Positions 41,545-55,663 of a stretch of DNA of 64,000 nucleotides are shown here, piece after piece. Each line of letters begins with the position of its first letter. Within the stretch, counting starts at the first letter, position 1. The stretch comes from the human T2T-CHM13v2.0 reference genome, Homo sapiens. The DNA lies in assembly GCF_009914755.1 (NCBI RefSeq), contig NC_060931.1; one strand, written 5' to 3'. Made by a program: the position numbers and the translations under genes. The notes beneath the pieces are model-generated. The model saw only the letters and a list, made by a program, of their open reading frames with translations, had not been told where the DNA came from and made no database searches.

Positions 41545-42720
41545 TTTCATTTAACACACATGCCCTGAAGACCCACTCTATGAAAGACAATTGTAAGGAT
41601 AAAAACAAGAGTAGGATGTAGACTCTGCTATCAAGAAATTTTTCATTTGGTGAAAGAGATAGCCATGTACATAAAAAAAAAAAAACAAAAATGTTGTGTT
41701 ATAAAGGATAGAAGCAATGTTGTGCTGAATAGATATTAATTATAATCAGAGAAATTGGGAAGCAGCTTACATCCCTGGACCAGGAATATAATGTGGCATT
41801 TCAACCCCTGGGTGTAAGTGCTCAGCATGGAACAAACATCAAGAGTGTGAAAGGAAAGAGCACAGTACGATTGGAGCGTGGGCGATCATCTGGCAGGGCT
41901 GGAGCAGTTCACCCGGAGCGAAAGTAGAAAGACAGGTGCAGCCCTATCAGAGAAACTTGAATAGAATGTTACATGTAGACTGGAGAATATGAGGTGAGAG
42001 GCAGGCGTGGAGGGGTGAAAATGGTCTAATTGGGTTTTGTATATGTTCAGTTTGAAGTGTTAGCAGAATTTTAGGTTCTCTTTGTCTAAGAGACAGCTAG
42101 AGTGTTTAGAGCTGAGGGAGAAAGACAGAAACTGAAGACAGTTTGACTTGCAACACCATAAAAGTGGTAGTTTCAATCATCAGCATGAAAATGGTAGTTA
42201 CAGTCATCAGCAGAAAGGTTGTAGTTGAAACTACGGAAGTGGACGAACTAACCCAACAACAAGGTGTAGATCAAGACCAGAAGAAGGTGAAGACAGATCC
42301 TTGGAGTATTCCTACCTTTAGGGCATAAATCTAGAAAGTAGGGTCCATGACAGACATCAAAAAGAAAAAAATAGGGAAGCAGGAAGAGAACCAGAAAAGC
42401 ACATTATCATAGGCTCCAAGGGGGAGAAAAAGCCTCAAAGAAGAGCTGGTTGCTAAACAGGTGGTGAATTCTGTCCAAAGGCTAAGGGTGACAATATCAA
42501 AACAAAAACTCTGTAGTTGTGAGGTCGCTGAAGGTACTTGATGCTTTTTAATAGAGGTGTTGGTAGAGCTAGTAGATCGAGTAAAATTGTTAGCAGTTGG
42601 ATAGTGCATTAAAAAAAGGGAACAGAGACCTCAGATTTAGAGGTGATAGAGTGGAAGGCTGCTGATGGATTTTCAGGGATATTAGTTGGAAGTGTCTCTT
42701 GAGAGATGTACAGTTTTAAG
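41545..42720 (-). mobile_element. L2 relic containing a 27-bp tandem duplication (42165-42227)
   Basis: Purine-rich antisense L2 motifs (GGAAGCAGGAAGAGAACCAG, CATAGGCTCCAAG); TGGTAGTT unit recurs at 42165, 42192 and 42219. Confidence 0.6.
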
Positions 42721-43173
42721 TGTGCTGACTCCCAAATATTTTCTTGGCTCAGGCTCTGCGGAGTGTCTTTGTGTCAGGTCCCTGGGGAGAGGATATAAAC
42801 CAAAAGCACTTGATTGTCTTTGCTGAAGAATGATAAAGAAAGCTATAATCGCCTGTGTGTTAGCACAGGTGAGGTCAGCATCATACAGGGTGGGATTGCC
42901 AGAGACAGAAGCAGAAATTGCCATTTGAAATAAACAAGTGTTACAGCAGAAACTCAAAGTACTCCTTGTGTTCGCCTTTCTCCTCTACATCTAAGCCCGC
43001 TAGAGAAAGGAAGGGAACTTGTGGGTTTGAGGGACATAGTAATACAAATGGATAGAAACTTGAAAATCTTTTAAGATTGGCTACTGAATCTTTGATTTTC
43101 TTCCCTTAAGATTAGTATGGCTTTTGACAAACTTATTATCATCTTTGCAAAACAGGGAAATACATTTGACTTC

Positions 43174-43710
43174 TGTTAAGCCCAAGAAGGCCTTAACATT
43201 CCCCCCAGCTTGACTACACTTCAGACAAATTTCTTCCTGCCTATAAGCCCCTGATCACCCTTTTCTTAGAGTATTTACTTTAGAAAGCTTGTAGTTGCAA
43301 ATTCCTTCTCTGTCCCTTTGAGATGTAAATCTTCTCTCAGCCTCTTGCCAGTTTTACTACCTAGGAACGTCTTTCTCAAAGACCTGGGAGCCATCCCTTT
43401 GAAATGGAATCATCAGGAAAGATAAGGTCCCTACCCCCATTCTCTGTAAGAGGGCAGGAAGCTAACTTTCCTAAGTGATAATTGCCAGTTAGCAAACTCA
43501 AATGGCCTAATCACATTGACAAACCTCCCCTCAATTCCCCCAAGGTACTTTCCTAAGACCTGGCTTCAATGCTTAAAAACCTTCCCATCTTGTTTCAATG
43601 GAGTTGAGTTTAGTCTCTTCAGTTGCAATATTCTTGACCCCTATTGCAACAATCTTGAGTAAAGCCTTCTTTCTTTGTTTAATTCTGGCTGTTGCAATTT
43701 TTATTTGATA
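43174..43710 (+). mobile_element. ERV1 solo LTR, MER67-like
   Basis: TGTTAAGCCC..CCTTAACATTCCCCCCAGCTTGACTA, CCCTTTGAGATGTAAATCTTCT, GACCTGGGAGCCATCCCTTTGAAATG. Confidence 0.78.
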
Positions 43711-43769
43711 CTTTCAGAAAGCATATTTTATTATCATTGGAGCTTTGATTCTCATTCTTTATTTTTTTT

Positions 43770-43985
43770 TATATTTTTAATGTTTATTTTGGAACAATTT
43801 CAAGTTTACAGAAATATTGCAAGAATATTGCAAATAATCACTGTGTACTCTTTAGTCAGAAACACTAAAATTTAACATTTTACTATATTTGCTTTATCTC
43901 TCTCTTTTTATATATGCGCGCACACACACAAACACACACTTTTTTTTCTTTTTTAAAAAATTCTTTCGTACATGGCCCCTATCTT
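43770..43985 (-). mobile_element. L1MB/MC 3'-end fragment
   Basis: TTTTGGAACAATTTCAAGTTTACAGAAATATTGCAAGAATA, TTTAACATTTTACTATATTTGCTTTATC. Confidence 0.65.
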
Positions 43986-44736
43986 CCTAGGTTGGCTCAA
44001 TCTAGAAAGACAAGAATGACGTGTTTTACTGCCAGGTGGATGGACTGGCCCAGTAATTTGGAAGTATGGCTTAGTGGAATGGAAACTGAGAGACATATCC
44101 CAGCCAGCAAAACAGAGGCATTTCAGCCCTTCCCTGAAGCATGATATATAGAATACACAATAATTTAATGTTTTAAAATGTAAAATGTCTATTAGTAATT
44201 TCTGATATTAAGGGGATTATCATGCCTATCTCTGTATTGAGCTAGTTCAGAAAAGTAGATTTGGGTCCTGAGTGATGGAATCTGAGCTCTAGAACATCTA
44301 CTTGATTTAGATTTAGCTGCCTCCCATATGTGCTAAAGGATAAGGCCATGTTTTAAAAAGAGTTATGAAATATTTATTGAAAAAAAAATACAGCAAATGT
44401 GCAGAAGCTGCCTTTCCAAACAAAATAACTTGGTCATTTTATTTTTATCCCCAAATTGCCTAAACGCAGCAGCCAACATCATGGGCTAATGGTTGAAAAT
44501 GAAGCTGTTCTTGAGTCATATGAGGCCAGAAATAAAAAATAAAGTAGAAAAAAAAAAACTTTTTGTATGGTTGAAATACTATCATTTAAAAACAGCCAAG
44601 ATAACTTTTCAGCAATAAATATAGTTGCAAGACTATGTGCTAACTTTTGTATATCTCCATTTTTTACTAGACATTAATACATCCTACAAGGGGAAAAAGG
44701 TCTTTTAATGGAAATGCTGATATTGTCACGATATGA

Positions 44737-45111
44737 TGTTAAAAGGAAAACCTTAAATTGAACAGAGTTTAATTGAGCAAAGAATGACTCACAAATCGGA
44801 CAGCCTCCCGAGCCAGAGTAGGCTCAGAGAGACTCCAGTGCAGCCACAGGGTTAAAGATTTATGGACAGAAATAGGAAATCGATGCACAGAAAATGGAAC
44901 TGAGGTACAGAAACAGTGGATTGGTTACAGCTCAGTATTTGCCTTATTTGAACATGGTTTGAACAGTTGGTCACCTTTAATTGGCCAAAATTCAGAGATT
45001 GACACAAGAATTGGTTAGTTGGTTTACATATCCAGTTAGGTATCAGTTCACTACATATGGAGAAACTTTTAGGCTGAACTTAAAATATGAAAGGAGGCAG
45101 CTTTAGGCTAA
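44737..45111 (-). mobile_element. ERV1 solo LTR, MER57-family
   Basis: Reverse complement of TTAGCCTAAAGCTGCCTCC...TTCAAATAAGGCAAA...GGAGTCTCTCTGAGCCTACTCTGGCTCGGGAGGCTG; several CCAAT boxes. Confidence 0.85.
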
Positions 45112-48100
45112 CCTAGGGTTTTCTTTGTATGCCATATGATTCTGACCTGGCCTGTCATATCTTGAAAGTATTTAAAAATATTTTCAGCAAAGTGCTTATC
45201 CCACATCCTAATAGATTTGGATATTGAACTGAACAAACACCATCCCTATTTGCCACTTGAACTCCTCAGTATAGTGTTCTCATTTTATAAGATTCCTGAT
45301 TTTCTAATGGCAAATTTCTGTGGGCTACACTTTCACTGGCTGCCATGGTACTAAATTTTATAATAAAAATAACTCCATGCTTTTATTTTTAGTGAAGAAG
45401 GTGATGTCCATATAATCCAAGTTCATATGGTACAGAGGAGAGAATTGAGTAAGAAATAAGAACGAAACCCATACAGCCCTTTCCTCTGATTCGATCATTA
45501 AGGCATCAAGGGAGACAGCTGAATGTGTTCTCTATATATACTCCTGAAGTATTATATGAGAACGACAGAACCTTTCACAAAAGTTTATGAAAGCAAATTT
45601 CACACTGAATTCTTTTATCATTTGAAGAGGAAGGTGTAACTTGAACATTCAAAAAAATCTACAGAGGCTGTGTTTGGGTTAAGAAAAAAAAAAAAAGAAC
45701 ACACTCCTGACAATCTTCTCACACCATGTTATTGAGCCCACATTTCTTCCTATTAAATGTACCCATGAGTTTTTGTAACCATTCACCCAAAAAGGTCACT
45801 TGGCATTTTAGCTCCTGAGATGGGGACACACTGGGTGGGTAATAATGGCCAGAGAAGTCAAAGGGATAAACTTAGAAGCCACTATCTCTACAACTTTAAA
45901 AACTCAAACCCTACCTCCTGTTGGGGCATAAAATTTTGAAAACCATTTGTAGACTTATCAGTGAGAGCCTGGGTATAAAAGAGGAATGATGCTTTGCAAA
46001 ATCCCCCAAGACTGCCCGAACCTTTTCATGGTAATGAAGAAATGTCAGTGGAAGTTGATGGGGCGTGTGTGCATGTGTATGGATGTGGGGGTGGATGGGG
46101 CGCGAGAGAGGGAAAGGCTGGCAGACTGAAATTTTACATCTCAAATGTCATTTGGAAATCACTTGCGTACTCCAAGCCCAAGTCCTAAACTCTTCTGCTA
46201 TTAAAAATGGTCTGCAAACAGGTCAGTCTGCTGTAAAAAATTGATTTGACAACAGCATTTTTAAGTCTTTGACGGCTTGAAGTTGGCAGCATTTTCTTCC
46301 GCTCTGATGTGGTTTGAACAGAAGCATGTTTATCTGTTATTTATGTAACAGCCTGATGAAAAAATGGGGCATGTGCTTCCCTTCTATTTGTCTTCTGCAT
46401 TAACCTCATTTTGAGGTCAGGTGAAAATGCTATAGGTACTGATTGCAGCACGTTATCAGCATTATTGCTTAATGTGCCATCAACCACAAGTGCAAGTGGG
46501 CTCAGGATCATCGCCGCGGTCTTCCCAGGAATCATTTATCTGGGGCTAACTCCGAAAAAATCATTTAGAATTGTGACATTTAAAAATAAAGATTAAAAGT
46601 TCTGAAAGGAGCAGAAGTCATCCACACAGGGCCCTCTTGGCACCATAAATCAAAGTTTGTTAGAGCTGCAAATTGGAAGAGCATAACACAGAGGTGCAAC
46701 CCTTTGATGTGGTTATGCAACTCACTGGTCTCCACCACTTACTAGACCACTTCTATTTTTGAGTACTATTCTCACAACGTAGACTGTGATTTTTTGGCAA
46801 ACAAGCACAAAATCCAGGGTTAAAAAAGATAAAATGTATCTAGCATAAAGCATCTTTTAAATGGAAATGCCAAGTTCTTTATAAATTTGAAAAATTTATT
46901 CATTACCCGGCTTCTAGGGGAGCCCCTTATTTCCATTTTTTTTGCTGGGGCTATCTGTTTCACCCCACTAGGCTTTCCAAATGGCTGTCCACAGATGCTG
47001 AGCCTTTGGTCACCTCCGAGTGGTGTTTGGAAAGAGTACTGGGGAACTGGGCTGCTTTTTGGCCTCCTTGCACACAATTCAAGTCAGAGCTTTTGATCTT
47101 AAGGTAATATAGAGCTTGGAAACAAAAAATCTGCATTTAGTTTGGAATATCTGAAAATGATAGTGGTTAGGAAAAAGGATGTTAGGCATGGTTTGTGTGC
47201 AGGCTATGATAGGTACTTCCTTTCCAAAAAGGTGATATTTAGTGCTACAAATTAGTTATCATATCAGTATTAGAAGCTTTGTTAGGAATTCCAAATAATA
47301 CGCAATTGTGATTATACACAAGGTGTTTGCAAGCCCCATCTTGTAGGTATTATTAAGCCACAGAATATTTTATACATTTTAATAATTAATAGTCAAACAC
47401 CTTGCTAAATACTACTCCTTTTGAGGAGAAGTAGTAGAGAAAGAATACAATTGGCTGTTTATATTTTTGTCTTATTCATAAAGAGAATAAAATTATGTAA
47501 AAGTATTTATAAGGAATTTATCATCCCAAATGCATTTTAATAGTTGTAGATAAATACTTCTGTTTTGAGAAGGCTTCAGAGCTGTAACAGAAAATGAAAT
47601 AAAGGGCTCATGTGGAAAGAACTTTACAGCATGCTGCAACTTGATTGTTCACACTTCAAAGCAATTCTAAGAAAAACTGTAAATAAGGACTAGGCATAAA
47701 ACTCTGCTGGCACCTGGGAATACTCAGCCCACTGCACAACAGAACAGAATCTGAATTCTGGCAAACAGCCAACCTCTGTGGATAAATCTGGAAAGGCTTA
47801 ATGTACACTGAAGAACTGATGTACTCAGAAACTATGTGGGTGTACTTAGCTTCATGCCACTTAGAGAACTCATTGACTTCCCTGAATACAAAGTAGATCT
47901 GGTCATCATGTGTTACACCAGATTCTAGTACTGCTTGCAAGCCCATAATAAAACCCAGAGTTTATAGGAAGGACTCACCTTTCTCAAGAGATACTTCTCC
48001 TACTCTCTCTCCTTTTTAATGCTCATTTGGACTTATTAGACTCTCCAAAGCAGTTCTCATACACTTTAACAAGATGAAGATATACTAGGAAAGGTAATTG

Positions 48101-49479
48101 GGTGAGCATTACTAAGTGTGAGTCATAAATAGTGTAACAAAGGCTTTGAGTGAGTCATCTGCCTAAGTTACCATAGCTATACCCAACATAACACTGCCTT
48201 TCTCTTTGTTAAGTGGACAAACTACCATAACGTCTAACAGTATCAATAGCATGTTTTTTTGAATAGCTCATTTTTAAATATTCTCAGTTGTTTAAGTTTA
48301 TGTCATATATTTTCCAGATTAAGGCTCTTTGGAACAGAAACCACTGTTATAAAGATAGGCAACAGATCACTTGCGTATTTTAAAACAAGAAATGCACAGA
48401 CATTGTAGGGATTTGTTTTTTCATGATAGCCTGGTAATAAAAAAGTTTAATACAAAACCTTTCATCTTCAAAGGGATCTGAAAAACGTAATTATTCAACG
48501 CAATAGCAAATGTTAGATTTCTATTAAGTTAGCTGAATTTTCCAGTTTCTTTCCTTCCCTCAGCATACATTTTCCTATTGCTGGCTTCACCAGAAAAATA
48601 ACAGCTTAAAATTTATCCCTAAGCTAAAACCCATTAAATGATTGACACAATCTTAGCTAACATGAAAAGTGACTTATATAAAACCTGGTTTGCTGTTTGG
48701 GGGCATATTCTGCTCTCAGCAAATGAATGCACATTTTTCTCCATTGATCAGTGGAAAGAAGTGAATATTCTTCAAACATGAAACTTTCTTATATAGCTAA
48801 ATATCTTTTGTGCTACTATGAGTCATTCCTGAGCATGTCTTTTATTCCTTTGTGATTTTATCAAAGTTCAGATATTTTTAAAAGATCTTGGAATTTTCTA
48901 AATAGGGTTCACGTAATATATTCTCCAGCTATATACTTTTTTTTAAAAGGTATTAGAACGAATTCAGATCCTGACATACCATCTTGTGTTTCACATATGA
49001 TCAGTCACCTTCTTAAGATGATAACAACTTTGACGTTGCAAATGAACACATTCCCATGTGCTTGAGGCCAAAAAGAGGCAGTCAGTGAAACTAAAAGGAA
49101 TTGCCTGAATATGACTGTTATTTCTATTTGTTGCTAGGTTCTTATTGGAATCTGTGTTGGTAAATTAATTTGGGGTGCACATATCATAGGGTTGATATTC
49201 ACTTTGTGTCACCAATATGGCTGTATTTCTTATTGAAATACTGAGAAATTTCTGTATAGATTAGTAGGTAGCTGTTGCTGCAGACCCTGCCAAATGTCTG
49301 TCTGTCTTTTCCTGCTGCTCTGGTCCCACACGGGGATTGTCGCTTCTTCTCCTTACTTCAGAAATTGTTAATATCTTTGCACGAGTTTTTTCTTGGGCTC
49401 TATTCCTGAGCCAAGACTAGCATCTATTCTGGTTGGTTGTTGTTTACGCTACACATATATTTTAAAAGTCACCTCAGCT

Positions 49480-49700
49480 TCTGTGTATGGGAAGTGATGG
49501 AGTCAGAGTGTCCTAATTGAATCCTGAGTTCTGCTACTCAGCAATGCATGATTTTGGGTGGGTTGTTTACCTGCTCTGTGTCCCAGTTACTTCCTATGTA
49601 AAATGGAAATAATAAAATGAATTAGCTCACAGGGATTTTGTGCACATTATATAATACATGTGAAGTACTTAGAATAGTGTCTTTCAGTAAATGTCCCATA
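49480..49700 (+). mobile_element. MIR
   Basis: TGGAGTCAGA..TTGAATCCTGAGTTCTGCTACT..TGTAAAATGGAAATAATA. Confidence 0.75.
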
Positions 49701-50279
49701 GTGTTGTCGTCTTTGCTGCCTGGTGTAGGAATAGAACACAAATTTCTTGATTGTGAGCTTGAAATTTTTACACTAGATAATACCCCTCTGGCTCCAATAA
49801 TGCTGGTGATATAATAAGGTACTAGACTACAGCAATCATTTGAGTGAGAAATGAAATCTATTTTCAATTTTCATTTATTTAAAAACATGGTTCACCTGAG
49901 AGTATTGCATGCTGATTTTCATTATTTACAAGGATGTTATGTAAATATAAAGACTAGAGTTATTACTTGCATGCTATGAGCCAAGTAAAATTTAAATGTG
50001 ACTAAAGGAGAAAGCCAGGGACTACTTACTGCTACCTAGCACTGACCTTTCAGAAGGGCAACTTGAACAATTCTACCTGCAAAAAGTGCCTCATTAGCTG
50101 ACCGTACAGCATCTCCACTGTCCAGGTAGAAACAGGATGGAGCAGTTGGTGAAGGGACCACATTGTTTTTGCTTTAATCTTATTGGTGACATTTGCATCT
50201 GTCAAAACTGTCCTTCCTCCCTGAGGACTGAAGCATTGTGGATCACAGTCCTTTTCAGTCAAACTGATCAGTTCATTTA

Positions 50280-50596
<317 letters not shown>

Positions 50597-51879
50597 TTAG
50601 CTCTTGTATTCAGCATAATTGTCAAACCCTGTCACTTCCGGTGTGTGTATGTGTGTTGTGTGTGTTGGGGGCGCTCAGGGGATTGTTGAGAGGATAAGGG
50701 GAAGAGGATGAAAGGGAGATGCCAGTTAATCTTATTAAATGGGTTTTCTTTCTGCTGTGAATTAAATATCACCTTCCTTTTGTCTCTACTTTCTGTGGAG
50801 AGGGCATGGAGGGAATTAGCCACAGGAGTAATTGATTATTCTGTTGACACCTACTACACTGCCAGATGTCACAGGCTGTGATGCACCCCTTCATTAATGG
50901 GCTGTGGATCATAAAAATAATTTAAATTGGATGGTGTAAAAATAAACTGGATGGTTAAAACGGGCTTGGTGTCAGTCATACAAGCAGCCACACTATACAT
51001 TTTGTGCCTGAAGAAAAGACAGAATAGGCAAATTGCTGTTGGTCACATTTTGAAACATTGTTGAAACAGAAAATGTATTTATTTATTTAGTTTTTAGGAA
51101 TAGCTAAATTCAAACTCTATTCCTAAGTTAGCTGGGTGTAACATTTACTTACTCATTTTTATAAATGAATGTCATGAGCAAAATTGCCTACATAGTGAGT
51201 TTTAATTATTAAAGGAGAAAAGTGAATGATGTGTGGATACTCCACGGTTGGAACTCTCAGCTAATATTTTTCTTACCTCTGATTCATGAAGGTCCATGTA
51301 CAGCAATGGGTGCGATATGCTTTAAGTGAGAAAATGTGTAGTGGACTTTTATTTTTCCTCATCAGGGGCCACATGATAACTTCAGAACTAGGACTGGATT
51401 AAAACCTTCAGTGGCGAAAGCAATAAAAACCATTATGGAGATTTCTGTCTCCACCTTCCCATATGCAATTAAAAAAAATTAAATTGCAAAATATGTGTAA
51501 GAAGGTTGAATGACATTTTGTTTTTCCGCCATGTTGTAGTTCTTTTGCTGGAAATATCAAATAATAAATCATTCCTATTTGTCTTATTTTTTGTGCCCCT
51601 GTGTTTCTGAAACATTAGTCTCTTCATCAGATGATTCAGGATTTTCATTTGTAAAAGTACGAATTTTTTTTACTTCATTTTATTTTACTGCGCTTGTAAC
51701 AACCACACTTAGACTTTACTTCTGATTCACAAACCTTATGTGATGCAGATTCATTTAAAAGTGGTGAGCCCTAACCATACTTTTGTTTATACTTTGTCTT
51801 ACTCTCTTTCCAAACAGATACAATATGCTGCCTAGCAGCCAGGGTCTTCCCTGATTAAAACTCCTGAATAGTTTCCCAT

Positions 51880-52110
51880 TGTAATGGTTATGATGCTAAC
51901 AGCAATATTTATACATCATTTGCTATTTGTCAGGTTCCATTTAAGTGCTTCTGATATATTAACTGATTCGATACAGAAAATGAATCTACAAGGTACTATT
52001 ATCTGATTTACAGATGTGAAAATTAGGAAACAGGAGTTGAATAACTAAAGTAAAATCACACAGATACCAAAATGGCAGAGTCAGCATTTGAACTCAGATT
52101 TCAGTTTTAA
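51880..52110 (-). mobile_element. MIR
   Basis: GGTACTATTATC..TTTACAGATGTGAAAATTAGG..GGCAGAGTCAGCATTTGAACTCAG. Confidence 0.7.
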
Positions 52111-52399
52111 ACTATATGTAAAATAAGACTTACGTTTTAAATTTTTTAATAGAAGAGAATGAAAATAATAATACTTGAACACTGAATCTCTCTCCATATT
52201 TTAATGTTCTTTTTTCTACCAGTTTTGTATTTTTTTGTATATCTTATCTATATTTAAAAATCAGATTTATATCTAAGTATTGAAAATTTTAAATTTTCAA
52301 GTTCCAATTGTTCTTTGCCAACCTTTCATATATGAAATTTATATTCTGAGACCTAGTCATACTCAGTTATTGGTTCCAGGAGTTTTTGGTTATTGTTGA

Positions 52400-52850
52400 T
52401 TTTGGAATTTTTACCATAGATAATCCTGCCATCTGTGAATAGACACAGTCCTATTTCTTCCTTTCCAATCTATAAACTTATGTTTATTTTTCTTGCTTTA
52501 TTGCACTAGCTAGAATTTCAACTACAGTGTTGAATAGGACTAATGAGCAAGGACATAGTTGCCTTGTTCCTGATCTGAGGGAGAACATGTCTAGTTTCTT
52601 ACCATTAAATATAGTGTTAATTGTAGGTTATCGGTGGGTGTTATATTGAGGAAGTTTCCAACATTCTTTGTTAGCTGAGGGTTTTTATCCTGAATAGTGT
52701 TTTATTTTGTCAAATCCTTTTTCTGTGTCAACTGATGTGATCATATGAATTTTTCTCTTTCATCTATTGATATGATGCATTACATGATTGATTTTCTAAT
52801 GCTGAACTAGCCTTGAATACCTGGAATAAACCCCACTTGGTGTATAAGTA
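52400..52850 (-). mobile_element. L1M ORF2 fragment
   Basis: CATCTGTGAATAGA, TTCTTCCTTTCCAATC, CCTTGTTCCTGATCT, CCTGGAATAAACCCCACTTGG. Confidence 0.75.
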
Positions 52851-52855
52851 TTTTG

Positions 52856-53137
52856 ATTGGTACCTTGTTATCCCAAGGGGATTGATTCCAGGACTACTCT
52901 TGGCTACCAAAAGCCATGCATATCCAAGTCCACAGTCAGACCTGTGGAACTGCTGATATAAAAAGTTGGCCCTTCGTATTTGTGAGTTTTGAATGCCTCA
53001 AATACTCTATTTTCCATCCACCTTTGATTGTGGTTGTGGAACCCATGAATACGTAGGGACAACTGTATTTACTGCAAAAATCCTCATGTAAGTGAATCCA
53101 TGCAGTTCAAACCCATGTTGTTCGGTGGTCAACAATA
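52856..53137. mobile_element. MER8/Tigger2-family MITE
   Basis: GGGGATTGATTCCAGGAC...AAAAGTTGGCCCT...GCAGTTCAAACCCATGTTGTTC..GGTCAAC. Confidence 0.75.
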
Positions 53138-55239
53138 CTCTTTTTGAAGAGTCATTCTTGAGGTAATTCAAAAAGGTAGAAATTTATTGTTAAGCACAGG
53201 AAGGAGGCCTATTTTAGTGAGTCTCTGCTAATCTTGGAGGGGTGACATTTATGAAGCATTGGTGACAGCCATAGCTCTTATGGAGCTGACATGGTTCCAC
53301 CAGATGATGTAAGGTCTCTGCTGCTTTCTTTAGAAATCTGAACTTCAAATCACTGTCAAATTATACAATATGAAATTATACAAGTTTCAGAGAAATTTAT
53401 AATCCTTTACCTCTTAGTTACATATGACAATGTATTCCAAAAATTATTCTCAGGGTAAAGGAGATAATGTTCAAGAAAAACAAAATCTCCCAGATTTTGG
53501 GAGTTTTACCTGTAAGAACATAGTAAAACCTAGAGAGAAGACATCAAATATAATATAGATAATACAGATTCCAGTGACAGTTATAGTGGAGAAAGCCTGG
53601 TACTACTCACTGTTTTTCTTTTTCTTTTTCTTTTTTTTTTTTTTTGTAGGAGGAATAATCACGAAATAACGTGAGACAAGGTGCCTCCCTGAGTCAAGCA
53701 GTGACCTGGTCTTACTGAGCTTTTGGGCTGAGCAGATATAGATATTTTCTCTCACTCTTACCTCCTCTATGTCCATCTATGCCTACCAGACAGGGGAGAT
53801 TTTGAATTGATATCCACTACTATGCTTACACACAAGTGTCTGTAGACAAATGGAAAATTCACCAACTAACCTCCCTAACAGGAAAACGTTACCCCTAAGC
53901 TATTAAAAGCTTATAATTTATAAAGCTGCACCAGTTATTCTTGTGATTTTTTAAAATGTATCTATATCCAGATAGAATATAGCTGTGGGTAGATTCAACA
54001 ACTATGTAGTGATAGTGTGTGAATAAACACTCCACCTAGGCTGTACTTATGTATGTGCTTATGTATGTGTATTTACCGAAACAGTACTTTTACTGCTTAT
54101 TGGTGGTTACGTACATAAAACATATTGTATTAGCAGCAGGTCACTTTGTGTATATGGCTGTAATATAAAAAATAAAGATGATACATTCAATTTAGAGCTC
54201 ACATTAAAATATTACCAAGCTTGCACATAAAAATAAAATTTTCAAACAAAATACAAAAACAATATTGCTCATGTAAGTTACCTCTATTTTGATATTACGC
54301 CCTCAGCCTTACACACAATGTCAGTATCTCAGTAACTTTATGCATTAGGCATTATTTTATAATTATTGGCCTCAGAACCAAGGTACTATTTAAAATATCC
54401 TGAGTGAATCATATATATTAATTATTTTTAACACAGAGGCAGATGCAAATTGAGATAGTTAATGTTCAGGAGTTGAAATATCCAAATTTATTATCATTGG
54501 CTGATTTACTTTGGTTATTGGTGTAAAATAACATTAATTGTTCCTGAGTTCTTATCTAATTGGGTTTTAAAGAAGCTTCTTACACTGTATTATATTTCCC
54601 TGTTAATGTGCATAATGAAAGCATCTATGTTGAAATATAGAAGAAGTATGATTGTAATGAGCAGCATTTAAACATCCAAGTTTTAGTTAATTTAGAATAC
54701 AAGAAATATACTTGTAGGTTTCAGAAGGTAGAATGTATTATAATATTTTCCCTCCCTTGACTTTACTCACAGTTTTTGCACATGCACAAGTTCCCTGACA
54801 GTTTTTTCTTCCTTAATGAGACTTAAGAGTGGGGCTAAAGCATTATTAGAGGTCTGTCTGGACTGATTAGATTGCATATTACTAAAAAATTAAAGGATGA
54901 ATATATCATTTTTAACACTATCAGTAAATAAATGCCAATGCAATTCAAATATCTTTTGAAATAAATAATTCTAGATGATTTATTCATCTTTCACAAATAC
55001 CGTTCATATCAACAGGTAAGAACTGCCCCCATATGATTTAATATGATAGTAACAAAAAAAGATAGGAATCTGTTTTTCTGAGTTTGGAATTCAAACTTTG
55101 TTTCTTCTTAATGGAGATGAAACAGAATTATTTTCTCCTTTCTAGTCCAGTTTTTAAAAGATCTATCTGAAATATACTTGTAAGAATAAGGTAATATAAA
55201 GCAGTTCATTCACCACAGAGTTTTGTTTAGTGGGAATGA

Positions 55240-55663
55240 ATACATTTTGATATTTTATTTACCTCAGGTATTTTTCCATTAAATTTGATTTTTAAAATAT
55301 AGTCATCCCTCAGTGTCCGTGGGGGATAGATTCCAGGAACCCTGTGATACCAAAACCTGTGGATGCTCAATTCCCTCATGTAAAATGTGCATAGTATTTG
55401 CACATAACCTAAGCACATCTTCCCTTATACTTTTAATTATCTCTAGATTACTTATAATTCCTATTACAATGTAAATGCTACATAAATAGTTGTGATATGT
55501 ATTTTTAAAATTTGTATTATGGTTGAGTACACAGATACAGAACCTGCAGATACAGAGAGTATTGCATAAAATATTATTCATCTTGATTATGTGATTTGGC
55601 ACCTCACGTGTACTAAGGCACCTAAGGTAAGTGCCTCACTTGCCTTCCCTTGGCCCCAGGCCT
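55240..55663 (-). mobile_element. MER96B-like hAT element with a nested MER2 (55300-55562) inserted at TA
   Basis: MER2: AGTCATCCCTCAGTGTCCGTGGGGGATAGATTCCAGG, CTCTAGATTACTTATAAT. MER96B end: GTGCCTCACTTGCCTTCCCTTGGCCCCAGGCC. Confidence 0.7.

Noticed and set aside
46060-46112. Possible G-quadruplex
   Set aside because: Four G-tracts, but one loop is over 20 nt; marginal.
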